DNA of 64,000 nucleotides, from positions 64,001-128,000 of the forward strand of contig JAYTSD010000017.1 in assembly GCA_043745805.1 (NCBI GenBank), written 5' to 3'. The position numbers were made by a program, and so were the translations under genes. This DNA comes from Fibrobacteria bacterium. Its GTDB lineage: Bacteria; Fibrobacterota; Fibrobacteria; UBA11236. The notes beneath the pieces were generated by a model. The model saw only the letters and a list, made by a program, of their open reading frames with translations. It was not told the origin of the DNA and ran no database searches. How positions within the stretch are numbered: position 1 is the first letter of the stretch; the number at the start of each line of letters is the position of its first letter. This document shows, piece after piece, positions 10,211-20,771 of the stretch.

Positions 10211-12985
10211 TTGGCGGTAAAAACAGCCGGCAAAAGCCCCAAAGAAAAAAAATCATCTATAGCGACAGTGTCTTCCAAAAAGAAAAAAAAGGGAGATACC
10301 AAAGAACAGTCGAAAGAACATGCGCCTACGCGTTTAGAAATTCCCGGACTTTTTTTGCTTTCTATTGCATTAATCTCGGTAATAGCTTTACTTTCCGAGT
10401 TTGTAAAATTCAGTGGAAATAATTTATTAGGTCCTTATTTGGGGGAGTGGTGGGCCTATACTTTAAATGCTACCGTCGGTAGTTTACCTATATTATTCCT
10501 TTTAACGGCTATTAGCATTTTAGGGTTTAAATGGATTTGGCCGCGAGAGGAAAGACATTACAAATTCGTGTATGTTTTTCTGTTATTATTTCTTTCGTCG
10601 GGCCTGTTATTAAGCGTCCATAATATTCCTAAGCCATTGCTCTTGGCCACCGACTATTCACTTTCGGGTGGTTATGTGGGTAATTTTTTAGTGCAAACTT
10701 TTTTTATTCCCTTATTTGGTAAAACTCAATTTGGGCCTTATTTAATAACCTCTCTAGCGATTCTCTTTACCTTGGTTTGGGGCTATAAAGTGAGCGTTGC
10801 CGCAGTGGTGGAAAAAGGTGGCGTCTTGATGGGGAGCTTAGTCTATCCGGTTTTTGACGGTTTAGCGAAGCACAAAAAAGATCGTAATGAGAAAAAATTA
10901 CAAGCGCAAAGCGAAGCGGCTTTGATTGCCTCACTTTCTCCCTTAGAAGCGGCGACTTTACCGACACGAAAGCGCCTTAAAAAAGAAAATATCTTAGCAC
11001 CCGAAAAAGAAAATCCCAATAAAATTAAGGAAACTGGAACGTTACCTACTCTTCTGGCTAGGGATATAGAAATGGAGGACGAAGAAGATTATGCCGAAGA
11101 AGATGATGGTATTGACTACTCCGATCCTTTAGCGGTGCGAAAATCACGCGATTTAAATTTAGAACGTCAACGAGTTACGGAACTTAATGAATGGGAACAA
11201 AAAAGTCGAAGTCCTGAAATTGCCGGTCTTTTACTTAAAGAAAAGCTTAAGGAAAACCTCCATGATAAAGACAGTCATGGCAAAGAAGTAAAAGGTAAAG
11301 AAACGGGTAAAGAAATTAAAAGTGGTAAATCCGAAGCGCCTCATAATGAAAATAATGATTTGCGGGGAGTGGAGAATATTCCAGTCGATGGGGATGCATT
11401 TGGTGAAGAAGCGGATGTAGAGGAAGAAACCTTTGCGCCAATAATACCAATGAAAAAAGCTGCCGCGCGAGGATCTATTCCCAAGCCTGAACAGAATACT
11501 CCGCAGGTTAAATATGATAAATATATGGTTCCAAGTTTGAATACCATGTTTAAAGATCCACCCGTGCAAGCCGTTGAATTTACCGAAGACGAATTGCGTG
11601 AGCAAAGTAAAATGTTAGAAGCGCAATTGCTTAATTTTAAAGTGATGGGCAAGGTCATGCAAATTTGTCCGGGGCCAGTTATTACACGCTATGAATTGGA
11701 ATTAGCTCCTGGTGTAAAAGTTAATCGTATTAGTAGTTTGGCCGATGATTTAGCCTTAGCACTTAAAGCCAAAAGCATTCGCATCCTGGCACCTATACCT
11801 GGTAAATCCTTAGTTGGTGTGGAAGTCCCCAATCGCAAGGCGCAAATTGTTTATATCAAAGATATTCTTCAATGCACAGAGTTTAGTACCGAAGAAGACA
11901 CTTTAAAAATTTGTTTAGGCAAAACCGTTGCGGGTGATCCTTATGTGATGGATTTAACACGTGCGCCACATTTATTAATAGCTGGACAAACGGGATCGGG
12001 AAAATCAGTTTGCATAAATAGTATTATGGCTTCCTTTTTATGTTCTAAAACACCCGATGAATTGCGCATGATATTAGTCGATCCCAAAGTGGTTGAACTT
12101 AAACCTTATGATGAAATTCCACATTTACTTTATCCTGTGATTACTCAGCCTGAAGTGGCGGTACAGGCTTTGAAATGGTCAACCTATGAAATGGATAGAC
12201 GTTATGAAGTTTTAGCGCTTTGTGGGGTGCGTAACATTAAGGGCTTCAATCAAAAATTTCGCGAAGGCAAATTAAGCGAGAAATTAGATGAAGCCGACAG
12301 TAATCTCATGCCCTATATTGTTATTGTGATCGATGAATTAGCAGATCTTATGATGGTAGCAGGCAAAGAAGTGGAAACAAATATCGCGCGCATTGCCCAA
12401 AAGGCACGCGCCGTGGGTATTCATTTGATTTTAGCAACGCAACGCCCATCTACTAATGTTATTACAGGAACGATTAAAGCCAATTTACCGACACGCATTG
12501 CTTTCCAAGTAGCAAGTCAAATCGATGCGCGTACCATTATGGATAAAATGGGTGCGGAAAAACTTTTGGGACGTGGGGATATGCTTTTTCGTCCTATTGA
12601 ATTTCCCGAACCTATGCGTTTACATGGATGTTACCTCGATGATGACCAAGCGCAAGAATTGGCCAAGGCCGCTTCCCAGCAACATGTGAATTATCCGCAA
12701 TTACCAACTTTTAATTTGGACGATGATCCCAGTAGTATGGAAAGTTCAGATGAACCGCGTGATGCTAAATTTCGCGATGCGGCAGAATTAGTGGTTCAGC
12801 TTAAACAAGCCTCCGTGTCCTTATTACAAAGGCGCCTAGGCATAGGTTATGCTCGTTCGGGCCGTTTAGTGGATCAATTGGAGCGTGCAGGCATTGTGGG
12901 TCGTGAACGAGGAAGTAAACCTCGCGAAGTGCTCATGACTGAAGAAGAATTAAATTCATTTTTATCTTCCGGTTTAAACGACTAA
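10211..12985 (+). CDS. ftsK: DNA translocase FtsK
   Basis: N-terminal TM helices, acidic linker, PHLLIAGQTGSGKS, VIDELADLMM, ATQRPS, gamma domain SLLQRRLGIGYARSGRLVDQLE; TTG start. Confidence 0.97.
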   Translation: MAVKTAGKSPKEKKSSIATVSSKKKKKGDTKEQSKEHAPTRLEIPGLFLLSIALISVIALLSEFVKFSGNNLLGPYLGEWWAYTLNATVGSLPILFLLTAISILGFKWIWPREERHYKFVYVFLLLFLSSGLLLSVHNIPKPLLLATDYSLSGGYVGNFLVQTFFIPLFGKTQFGPYLITSLAILFTLVWGYKVSVAAVVEKGGVLMGSLVYPVFDGLAKHKKDRNEKKLQAQSEAALIASLSPLEAATLPTRKRLKKENILAPEKENPNKIKETGTLPTLLARDIEMEDEEDYAEEDDGIDYSDPLAVRKSRDLNLERQRVTELNEWEQKSRSPEIAGLLLKEKLKENLHDKDSHGKEVKGKETGKEIKSGKSEAPHNENNDLRGVENIPVDGDAFGEEADVEEETFAPIIPMKKAAARGSIPKPEQNTPQVKYDKYMVPSLNTMFKDPPVQAVEFTEDELREQSKMLEAQLLNFKVMGKVMQICPGPVITRYELELAPGVKVNRISSLADDLALALKAKSIRILAPIPGKSLVGVEVPNRKAQIVYIKDILQCTEFSTEEDTLKICLGKTVAGDPYVMDLTRAPHLLIAGQTGSGKSVCINSIMASFLCSKTPDELRMILVDPKVVELKPYDEIPHLLYPVITQPEVAVQALKWSTYEMDRRYEVLALCGVRNIKGFNQKFREGKLSEKLDEADSNLMPYIVIVIDELADLMMVAGKEVETNIARIAQKARAVGIHLILATQRPSTNVITGTIKANLPTRIAFQVASQIDARTIMDKMGAEKLLGRGDMLFRPIEFPEPMRLHGCYLDDDQAQELAKAASQQHVNYPQLPTFNLDDDPSSMESSDEPRDAKFRDAAELVVQLKQASVSLLQRRLGIGYARSGRLVDQLERAGIVGRERGSKPREVLMTEEELNSFLSSGLND

Positions 12986-13167
12986 CCTCTACTTAAGCTC
13001 AAACTTCACCAGTAAGATTTTTGACCTTTCAAATTCCCCAAAGTTAAAGTGGCGTATTTAACATAAAATCCGGATTATCAAAAACTGTATTTCAAAGCTA
13101 AAAGGGTTTTGATTATAGTTATAAGAAGTATTTTATGCTTTGGCGATCCTAGTGTACAATAGTTTCG

Positions 13168-13989
13168 ATGGCGCCACTGTTAATCTTAATCGGTAAAATT
13201 TTTCGCAGATCCTATGTTGGGCATATTCTCGAACTAGGAGTGGATGCCTCTTGGTGTTTATTTACCCGCGGCGGCAATCGCAAAAATAATCTCGAACATT
13301 TTCTTTCGCAACTTTACTTTACCGGAGTCGAAGCCTTGCCTTTAATAGCTTTTTTGGCGGTGGTTATTGGGAGCGCAACCATTTTACAAGCGGTAACGGT
13401 AATGCCCAAAATTGGTGCAGGGGATTATTTCGGTAATGTGATGGTGGTGGTGGTGATTCGCGAAGTGGGACCTTTGTTTACCGCCTTTTTGGTGGCCGGA
13501 CGCACAGGATCGGCTTTGTCCACTTATTTAGGTAACATGCAAGTGCAGCAAGAAATTGACGCGCTGCGCACCTTAGGTATCGATCCAGTACGTTATCTAA
13601 TATTTCCTTCCTTTGCAGCGACGGTAATTGCCATGTTTTGTTTAACTGTGTTTTTTAATTTAGTCGCCATTTTCGGTGGTTTTTTTGTGGTCAAAACGTT
13701 AAGTATTTTTCTGCCGAATCTGTCCGGAGTAGAATTGTCACTCTCCATTTTTTTGGATAGAATTTTAGCCTCTATGGGATTAATGGATGGTCTTTTAGGT
13801 ATTGTTAAACCGGTGTTCTTTGGTTTTTTAGTATCGATCATTGCATGTTACCATGGTATGGCCGTAGGAAATGATATTCGTGACGTCCCCAAAGCTACGA
13901 CGCGAGGTGTAGTAAACTCCTTTGTTTTCATTATTTTATTTGATTCTATTTTTGCCATTCCTTTCTTAGCACAGTTGGAGATTTTATGA
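13168..13989 (+). CDS. mlaE: MlaE-family ABC permease
   Basis: IREVGPLFTAFLVAGRTGSA, EIDALRTLGIDPVRYL, VPKATTRGVV. Confidence 0.92.
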   Translation: MAPLLILIGKIFRRSYVGHILELGVDASWCLFTRGGNRKNNLEHFLSQLYFTGVEALPLIAFLAVVIGSATILQAVTVMPKIGAGDYFGNVMVVVVIREVGPLFTAFLVAGRTGSALSTYLGNMQVQQEIDALRTLGIDPVRYLIFPSFAATVIAMFCLTVFFNLVAIFGGFFVVKTLSIFLPNLSGVELSLSIFLDRILASMGLMDGLLGIVKPVFFGFLVSIIACYHGMAVGNDIRDVPKATTRGVVNSFVFIILFDSIFAIPFLAQLEIL

Positions 13990-14747
13990 GTGCTATGATA
14001 TCGGTGCGTAATTTAAAATTTGGATACCCTGATCAAGAACCAATTTTGAAAGGTGTAAATTTTAATTTGTTACCTGGGCAGATATTATTTGTTTGTGGAA
14101 TGAGTGGCCAAGGGAAAAGTACTTTGCTGCGTTTACTAATGGGTCTCGAAAAGCCGAGTGGGGGATTGATTCATATTTTTAATCGTGATATTACCTTATT
14201 AAGCGCTGCGGAATTTAATCAATTAAAAACCCAAGTTGGCTTTGTCTTTCAAAATCCAGCTTTGCTCGCCAATAAAACCGTATGGGAAAATGTGGCTTTG
14301 CCTTTGCAATATCATAATATTGGCGATGAAGATGAAATTCAAAATCGGGTGGATAATGCACTGGAAATGTTACTGATAAAAGAATATCAGCATGAATATC
14401 CTGCAAAATTAAGCCTTGGAATTTTAAAACGTGCTGCGGTGGCGAGAGCCATGATTACCAGACCTAAAGTGGTTTTAATGGATGAACCCACGGCGGGCCT
14501 AGATAGAATTAGTCGATCCGTTTTATTAGCATTAATAGGAAATATTCGTCGGATTAATAATGTAGCGATGATTATCGTGACGCATGATTTAATGGCCGCA
14601 CGAGAATTAGAAGGTGAAATTGGAGTATTACGTGAAGGTGAAATATTGGAGCCTATGGGTTATGAACAATTAAAAACTTGCCAAGATTCTTTTGTGGAAT
14701 ATCTCTTTCGCATTCTTGAAGGGGAATCGATGGAGCGTGCCGTATGA
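13986..14747 (+). CDS. mlaF: MlaF-like ABC ATP-binding protein
   Basis: Walker A GMSGQGKS, signature LSLG, DEPTAGLD, VTHD; ATGA overlap with mlaE. Confidence 0.88.
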   Translation: MSAMISVRNLKFGYPDQEPILKGVNFNLLPGQILFVCGMSGQGKSTLLRLLMGLEKPSGGLIHIFNRDITLLSAAEFNQLKTQVGFVFQNPALLANKTVWENVALPLQYHNIGDEDEIQNRVDNALEMLLIKEYQHEYPAKLSLGILKRAAVARAMITRPKVVLMDEPTAGLDRISRSVLLALIGNIRRINNVAMIIVTHDLMAARELEGEIGVLREGEILEPMGYEQLKTCQDSFVEYLFRILEGESMERAV

Positions 14748-15694
14748 AAATTTATTGGCATCAACATAAAAATCTATTAGTGGGGTTTATGGTCACAGCG
14801 GCTGCGATCACTTTTTTAGTAACCTTACTTTTTCTTTTGCATCGCAAAGGGGTTTTCGAAATTCAATATCGTTTAAATGCGGTATTTGAAAGTGGTGTTG
14901 GACTGCGTGAAGGGGCCGATGTACAATTTAATGGCGTCAAAATTGGGCGTGTAGAAGCCGTACATCTTTTTAAAGGCGATAGCAGTTGGCAGGCGATGGG
15001 CAAAGTGGTTTTACGTTTAGCTATCGATAAAAAATACCAAGGATTTATTACTGATAAATCGGTTGCATTTGCTTTGCGGGACAAAAATTTGGTGAGTGAT
15101 AGGGTAGTGAATATTGAAAATTTAGGTCCCTCGCATGGGCATTTGCAAGATAATGATACAATTGCCGTATCGGATTCACGGGATATTGAATCGGTATTAA
15201 GTGCCTTAACCAAACTGATGAATAAAACCGATCAATTATTGGGACGTATGAATCAGGTGGTACAGATGAGTTTGGATCCACATAGTACTGTAGGTGCCTT
15301 GTTAGGATCGCGTGATTTATACGATAGATTCTCCTTAAGTCTCGATAGAATGGACACTGCAATGGGAGAGGGAAAACATTTGTTTGTACGCTTACAAGGT
15401 TTAGAAGGAAAATTATCTGCAACTTTGCCCAGCGTTTTAAGTCATGTAGACAGCACTGCCTATCATTTGTTACGTACCTCACAAGAAGCGGAAAAATTAA
15501 GTACTCATGCTAATTTATTAGCAGATCAAGGTGAAGGCATTTTGAAAAAAACCGATCATTTGTTGAGCGAAGGCGCTGGAAAATTAGAGCAAGCAGGCGA
15601 TTTAATGGATGCGGTTTCGCAATTTTGGTTTATTCGTCACAAACTAGAACAAAAAGGGGATTACCCTTTACTCTCTAATGAATTAGGGCCTTAG
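14744..15694 (+). CDS. MlaD/MCE-domain protein with helical extension
   Basis: N-terminal TM, GLREGADVQFNGVKIGRV MCE motif, long helical C-terminus; ATGA overlap. Confidence 0.9.
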   Translation: MKIYWHQHKNLLVGFMVTAAAITFLVTLLFLLHRKGVFEIQYRLNAVFESGVGLREGADVQFNGVKIGRVEAVHLFKGDSSWQAMGKVVLRLAIDKKYQGFITDKSVAFALRDKNLVSDRVVNIENLGPSHGHLQDNDTIAVSDSRDIESVLSALTKLMNKTDQLLGRMNQVVQMSLDPHSTVGALLGSRDLYDRFSLSLDRMDTAMGEGKHLFVRLQGLEGKLSATLPSVLSHVDSTAYHLLRTSQEAEKLSTHANLLADQGEGILKKTDHLLSEGAGKLEQAGDLMDAVSQFWFIRHKLEQKGDYPLLSNELGP

Positions 15695-15695
15695 C

Positions 15696-16625
15696 ATGCA
15701 ATACTTAAGCCTATTTTTTTTCATGATTTTCCTGACTCCATTTTGGGCCATGGCTGGAGATACTTCACCAAAACTTTCGGGTCGAGGTTTACAAGCTTAT
15801 CATGCGGGAAAATACGATTTGGCCAAATTATTTTTTAACCAAGCTCTGCAAGATGCCGTATTAAAAGGCCATGAAGAATGGGTGGTTAAAAGCGCTTTAA
15901 ATTTAGTGGATTTGGAATTAGATGCGCAAAATACAGCCGAAGCCGCGAAAATCTTAAAAACCCTGCAACCCTCAGAAAATAAGGCTTTGCAAGGATTTAT
16001 TCTTTGGAAAAAATCGCAATGTAGCTTTTTAGATCATCAATTTGCAATGGCCTTAATGGAAATTGAAAAAGCCATGCCATTATTGCCCAATCATTCTCCA
16101 GAACTTATGGCTTTGCAATTTGATCAGTATAAATATTTATTAAGCGCTAAAAAATTTATTGCTCATAAAGAAGAGTATCAAAAATTTAAGGCGAGTCTTT
16201 CTAAAAAAGATCAGTGGCGAGCCTTACCCTTAGAGGCAAAGATTTTAATGAGTGAAAATAATTTTGGTGATGCAGCAAAAATTTGGAATGAATGTACCGC
16301 GAGTTATCGCGAAAAAGGACAATTACAAAAAACGGCGGCAAGCTTAAATCAATTGGCCATTTGTCAATTCCGCAATGGGCAAAAAGAATTAGCCAAGGAA
16401 GCGAATTCCAAAGCTATTGGCATTTATGGTGAACTAGGATTGCTTATACCAGGATTAAAGGCGCAAGCCTTAAAAATGAGTCTTACGGAAGATAAAACAG
16501 AACTTGCCAAATTACAGCAAGATATGGATCTTGTAGGTCAAAGAGTTTCTCAATTTGATTTACAAGAGGTCTTACATGAATATGCCCAGGTTTTGGCTAT
16601 TACTCAACCTACTCTTATGCAGTAG
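15696..16625 (+). CDS. Exported TPR-like helical repeat protein
   Basis: Signal peptide (FWAMA); TPR-like patterns (GKYDLAKLFFNQAL; SLNQLAICQFRNGQKELA). Confidence 0.7.
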   Translation: MQYLSLFFFMIFLTPFWAMAGDTSPKLSGRGLQAYHAGKYDLAKLFFNQALQDAVLKGHEEWVVKSALNLVDLELDAQNTAEAAKILKTLQPSENKALQGFILWKKSQCSFLDHQFAMALMEIEKAMPLLPNHSPELMALQFDQYKYLLSAKKFIAHKEEYQKFKASLSKKDQWRALPLEAKILMSENNFGDAAKIWNECTASYREKGQLQKTAASLNQLAICQFRNGQKELAKEANSKAIGIYGELGLLIPGLKAQALKMSLTEDKTELAKLQQDMDLVGQRVSQFDLQEVLHEYAQVLAITQPTLMQ

Positions 16626-17997
16626 CTTTGCGGTTAACCTACAGCCCGCCGATTATTTATTTTTTTCTACCCATAAAAATCCCACTCAAGTAGTGTCCGA
16701 TAGTAAATACGCCTATATCCTCACTGAAGGAGGCATTTTGGTTTATGATTATCGCCGGCAAAATTGGATCGATAATATTATTCTCACAGTCCCCGTCAGT
16801 CGCATTAAAATTTCTAAGGAGCGAGGAACTTTATTAGTCGATATTGCTGGTAAAACTTTAGAGTATAATTCCACCTTTCATCGCTTAACGGATGCCTTTA
16901 GTAATGTTACTGAAGACGATGCGACGCTAGGAAAAACGGCCGATCTTAATGGCTTAATGCTCAATAATAATTATGTGTATTTGGGCGACGCTATTCGAGA
17001 TAAATATATGCGTCGCTCACCCGTAGTACAAGCGCGAGTATTTGATTATGATAATTTATGGATGCTCACACAAGGCATGGGATTATTTCAAGGATCGGCG
17101 CGTCGCAAAGAAGCCAATAGTATGTGGTTTGGATTAGATCAAAATGCCACGTTTAGTATTTATGCGGACGATAAAAACTTTTGGTTTGGCTCCAGCAAAG
17201 ATGATGGCGCATTAGTGCGCGCCTCACAAGATTTAAATAACTGGTCCTATTATCCTTCAACTTATGAATCGGGTTTTCCTAATGGATGTGTCAGAGATAT
17301 TATTCGTTGGAAAGATTATCTCTGGTTGGCTACTAATCGCGGCGTAGTACGTATGGAACCTAAAACCAATCAGTATAAGTTCTATTCGCATTTTCAAGGA
17401 GGGACAGAATTGAAAATTTTGTCTTTGCATGTGCATGAGGATCAATTATATGCAGGCACGGAACAAGGGCTTTCTAAAATAGCAGGACCGCAAGAGGATT
17501 TTCAAAATGTGCCCATGCCGCGAGGCGATATAGCTATTGCCGTATTAGGTATGGCTTCCAAGGATAAAGATTTATGGGTAGGCACACAGTATGGACTTTA
17601 TATGTTACATGATCAATGGAAGTCATTAGATGAACTTTCCAAAACCTCCGTAAAAAACAGTATCAATGTACCCGTCCCTGCGGTGAAATATCAGGATACA
17701 ACTTTATATTGGTTAGCCTTGGATAAAATTATGGCAAAACCGAAAAAAGTAGCCGCTAAAATTCTCTTGGAAAGAGAATCGCCCTTTAAACTTTTTGTGG
17801 ACGATAAATTTTTATTTGTGGCTTATAAAACGGGAGTAACGGTTTACAATTTAAAAACTAATTTGTGGACCGATTTTACCCTTTCCGATGGAATCCCCGG
17901 AAATCAAGTTTTAAGCCTTGCCGTACAGGCTGATAAGCTATGGATAGGAACGGATTTAGGTATAATGCGCATTAATGCGCGTCAATATTATCCCTAA
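16576..17997 (+). CDS. Exported beta-propeller protein (regulator-propeller-like repeats)
   Basis: Signal peptide; repeats LWLATNRGV, LYAGTEQGL, LWVGTQYGL, LWIGTDLG and SDGIPGNQV; in-frame ATG at 16576 or 16582 preferred over TTG 16555. Confidence 0.75.
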   Translation: MNMPRFWLLLNLLLCSSFAVNLQPADYLFFSTHKNPTQVVSDSKYAYILTEGGILVYDYRRQNWIDNIILTVPVSRIKISKERGTLLVDIAGKTLEYNSTFHRLTDAFSNVTEDDATLGKTADLNGLMLNNNYVYLGDAIRDKYMRRSPVVQARVFDYDNLWMLTQGMGLFQGSARRKEANSMWFGLDQNATFSIYADDKNFWFGSSKDDGALVRASQDLNNWSYYPSTYESGFPNGCVRDIIRWKDYLWLATNRGVVRMEPKTNQYKFYSHFQGGTELKILSLHVHEDQLYAGTEQGLSKIAGPQEDFQNVPMPRGDIAIAVLGMASKDKDLWVGTQYGLYMLHDQWKSLDELSKTSVKNSINVPVPAVKYQDTTLYWLALDKIMAKPKKVAAKILLERESPFKLFVDDKFLFVAYKTGVTVYNLKTNLWTDFTLSDGIPGNQVLSLAVQADKLWIGTDLGIMRINARQYYP

Positions 17998-18145
17998 ATA
18001 TATCCCTAAACGTCCTTTAAGTTTTTTTAGTCTTTCATGACATTATAATTTCTTGTGATTTGCCTAAAAATTAACCCTTTCGGCTTTTTTTTACTTGTTG
18101 AATTCTTTCACCATCCCGTAATGTGTGAATAGAGAAGTAGAAAAT

Positions 18146-19204
18146 ATGAAGAAAAAATTTAAATTTCCTGTATCGCAACAAGCCAATTTACTGGGTTTAG
18201 AATGGAAAAAACTGGGTGTTTTTGCTCATTCGAATGCGCAACGATTTGAAGAAAAAAAACATCGCTCGGTATTTTTTGGATCGAATCATTTTAAAGGGTA
18301 TCATTGGACATACCCTACCTTAGATTTTGGCGCAACGCTCGGTCGTTTTGATGTGTATTATATTCATGAGGCGCAGCAAATCGATGGAAGTATTTTTGAA
18401 ATTTATTTGCAAGAAAGTGAATTTCAAACTCAACTCGAAGAAGTATTAACCTTACGTTTAGGTGAAGCCGAAATTGCTTTAGTTGAATTTTTGGGAATGC
18501 ATGAAGATCAACATCGCTTTTATGCACGAGACTTAAATAGTGGGCGAGAAATATTGTACAGCCCTAATGATTATTTAGACGCATGGGTTTCTCCCTTACG
18601 TCCCCAGAAAGATACCTGTTACATACAGGTTTATCGCGTTCCCTTACATTCGGTGAATTTAAATATGACCGAAGCGGTATTGTTAACGGCTCCCACTTAT
18701 TTTACTGGCAATGAATTACGCAGTCGTGCTTTAACCTGTTTGCGTTTGAATCCAGGAGGACTCACAGCGCATAAACTCGAACAAAAAGTTTGGGCGCATG
18801 CGAATTGGATGGATTTTTGCGTTGACATGCCTATTCCTTCGGAAGGCTATTTGCAAGCCTTGGTACGTTGGGAAGAGTATGTGGGCGTGGAGTTAGAAAA
18901 CTGTCCGTCCTTCCCTTGTTTTTTGCATGAATTAGAATTTAACCCTTATGCACGTTGTAAAATTGTAGCAGATTTAGGTAAGGCCGTTATTGCAATTCCC
19001 GAGTTTGAATGGGTATTAGAAACCTTGTGGAATGAGCAACCTCGATTGGGTCTTTGGGGTAAAACGCCTCGTCAACTCGAAAGATTTCTCTGCACACAAA
19101 CTATGTTAGATGAGGTATTAGAAGGCCTGAAAAATCGAGGGAAGGCTAAAATTTTACCCGCCCATGTACTGATGGCTCGTTCTTTAGAGCTTACTTTAAA
19201 GTAA
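18146..19204 (+). CDS. Hypothetical cytoplasmic protein
   Basis: About 350-codon ORF filling the gap between flanking genes; no family recognised except a C-terminal W..QPRLGLWGKTPRQ motif. Confidence 0.6.
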   Translation: MKKKFKFPVSQQANLLGLEWKKLGVFAHSNAQRFEEKKHRSVFFGSNHFKGYHWTYPTLDFGATLGRFDVYYIHEAQQIDGSIFEIYLQESEFQTQLEEVLTLRLGEAEIALVEFLGMHEDQHRFYARDLNSGREILYSPNDYLDAWVSPLRPQKDTCYIQVYRVPLHSVNLNMTEAVLLTAPTYFTGNELRSRALTCLRLNPGGLTAHKLEQKVWAHANWMDFCVDMPIPSEGYLQALVRWEEYVGVELENCPSFPCFLHELEFNPYARCKIVADLGKAVIAIPEFEWVLETLWNEQPRLGLWGKTPRQLERFLCTQTMLDEVLEGLKNRGKAKILPAHVLMARSLELTLK

Positions 19205-19217
19205 GCTTAAACTTTGT

Positions 19218-20768
19218 TTAAGGCTGTTTTTTCTTTCTATTTACAAATGCTTTTATTATCAAAGCAAAAAATCCAACTAAAAATAAAGCCATAAATAAGT
19301 TTTCAACTTGCGCACCTATTTTTTGATAAAGGGTGTTATAAGTTGTAAGTGGTAATTTGCGGCGTAAAACTCTTTGTTCAAAAAGTTTAGTTTTGCCGAG
19401 TATACGTCCTTGCGCATCATAAAACAAACTAATCCCCGAATTAGCACAGCGCGCAAGGGGCAGGCCCGATTCAACACCTCTAAAGCGGGATATATTCGCA
19501 TGTTGATAGGGTGCATTGCTTAAGCCAAACCATCCATCATTAGTGATATTCACTAATAATTTTGCACCATGTCGTTTGGCTTCACGGACATAATCCGAAT
19601 AAATGATTTCATAGCAAATGGACGGGCTATATGCTTTTTCATTTCCCCAAAGGGCATAATCTTTGCCAGGGCAAAAATCCCCTTCTCCTAAATTCACATA
19701 ATTCAGTAAAGGAAAAATATCGTCGAAGGGTAGGCGTTCGCTAAAAGGGACTAAGCGTAATTTGGAATATTGCTGAGTTTCGGTATTGGAATCGGGAGAA
19801 AATAAAAAGGCCGAATTATAAAAGTAATAAGGCCTTTCTGGTAAATGACTATCAGTATAGTCTAATGCACCTGCTAATATGGGCGCATGGTAGGCCGCTG
19901 CACGGCGTTTACATTCTAAAAATATATCGGGCCGTGTTTTGATAAAGTCGGGAATAGCGGTTTCGGGTAATAGGATTAATTCACTACCGGTTACCGTATC
20001 TCCAAAATGACCATCCATGGTATTCCAAGTTTTTTGCATAACTTCTTGAAAATAACCTTCATTCCATTTTTTAATTTGGGGAATTGACGGCTGTACCATG
20101 CTTATATCCATGCTAGGCTGAGTCGGAACTGGAGTAGCTAGGCGAATGCCACCAAGAATTAACATGAAAGTAGGAATGGATAAAGCTAAAGTTATTTTGC
20201 CGGCACGTTTTTTTTTATTAGTCCATGCGGAATAAATAAATAAGTTTGTGCATACTAATAAAAACGATATGCCTATTGCGCCCACCCAAGCCGCACTTTG
20301 TAAAAAAATCAAATAATGTCCCAAGGTATAGCCAAAATTGTTCCACGGAAAAGACATTTCTCCCTTGGCACGTAAGACTTCGAGTCCCGTCCAAAGAAAA
20401 GGATAAAGGCACAAACCAAAACGAAAGTTTAAGCATTGGCGAAATAACCAACCCAAGCAAGCATTGAATAGCGAGAGAAAAAGAATAAGTAGAATTAAAC
20501 CCATGAAAATGACTAAGGCTGGACCCACCTTCATCACATTATAAATCCACCAATACATGACCAAGTTATAAGCAATGCCGCCGGTAAAATTATAGAGAAA
20601 AGCTTGTTTACTATTAAGGCGAGTGGTGGCTAAAAATGCAGGGACTAAAATTACAAAGCTAAGAAAACCTAAAGGAAAGGGAGGATAGCAAAAGGCCCAT
20701 AAAATATTGGAAAGTAAAATGAGAAAAAATGCTTTTCTCTGCTCAATTTTAGGTAAGGAAAATTTCAA
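19218..20768 (-). CDS. lnt: Apolipoprotein N-acyltransferase
   Basis: FPWNNFGY, QPSI, LPETA, YSKLRLVPFSE, ICYE, NITNDGWF, ANSGIS. Confidence 0.96.
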   Translation of the reverse strand: MKFSLPKIEQRKAFFLILLSNILWAFCYPPFPLGFLSFVILVPAFLATTRLNSKQAFLYNFTGGIAYNLVMYWWIYNVMKVGPALVIFMGLILLILFLSLFNACLGWLFRQCLNFRFGLCLYPFLWTGLEVLRAKGEMSFPWNNFGYTLGHYLIFLQSAAWVGAIGISFLLVCTNLFIYSAWTNKKKRAGKITLALSIPTFMLILGGIRLATPVPTQPSMDISMVQPSIPQIKKWNEGYFQEVMQKTWNTMDGHFGDTVTGSELILLPETAIPDFIKTRPDIFLECKRRAAAYHAPILAGALDYTDSHLPERPYYFYNSAFLFSPDSNTETQQYSKLRLVPFSERLPFDDIFPLLNYVNLGEGDFCPGKDYALWGNEKAYSPSICYEIIYSDYVREAKRHGAKLLVNITNDGWFGLSNAPYQHANISRFRGVESGLPLARCANSGISLFYDAQGRILGKTKLFEQRVLRRKLPLTTYNTLYQKIGAQVENLFMALFLVGFFALIIKAFVNRKKKQP

Positions 20769-20771
20769 AAC

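Noticed and set aside
16555-16625. Overlap of the TPR and propeller ORFs as a frameshifted single gene
   Set aside because: The downstream ORF has its own ATG and signal peptide
17989-18010. Direct repeat TATCCCTAAA twice at the end of the beta-propeller gene
   Set aside because: The copies are 2 bp apart with no element between them; a local duplication, not a target-site duplication
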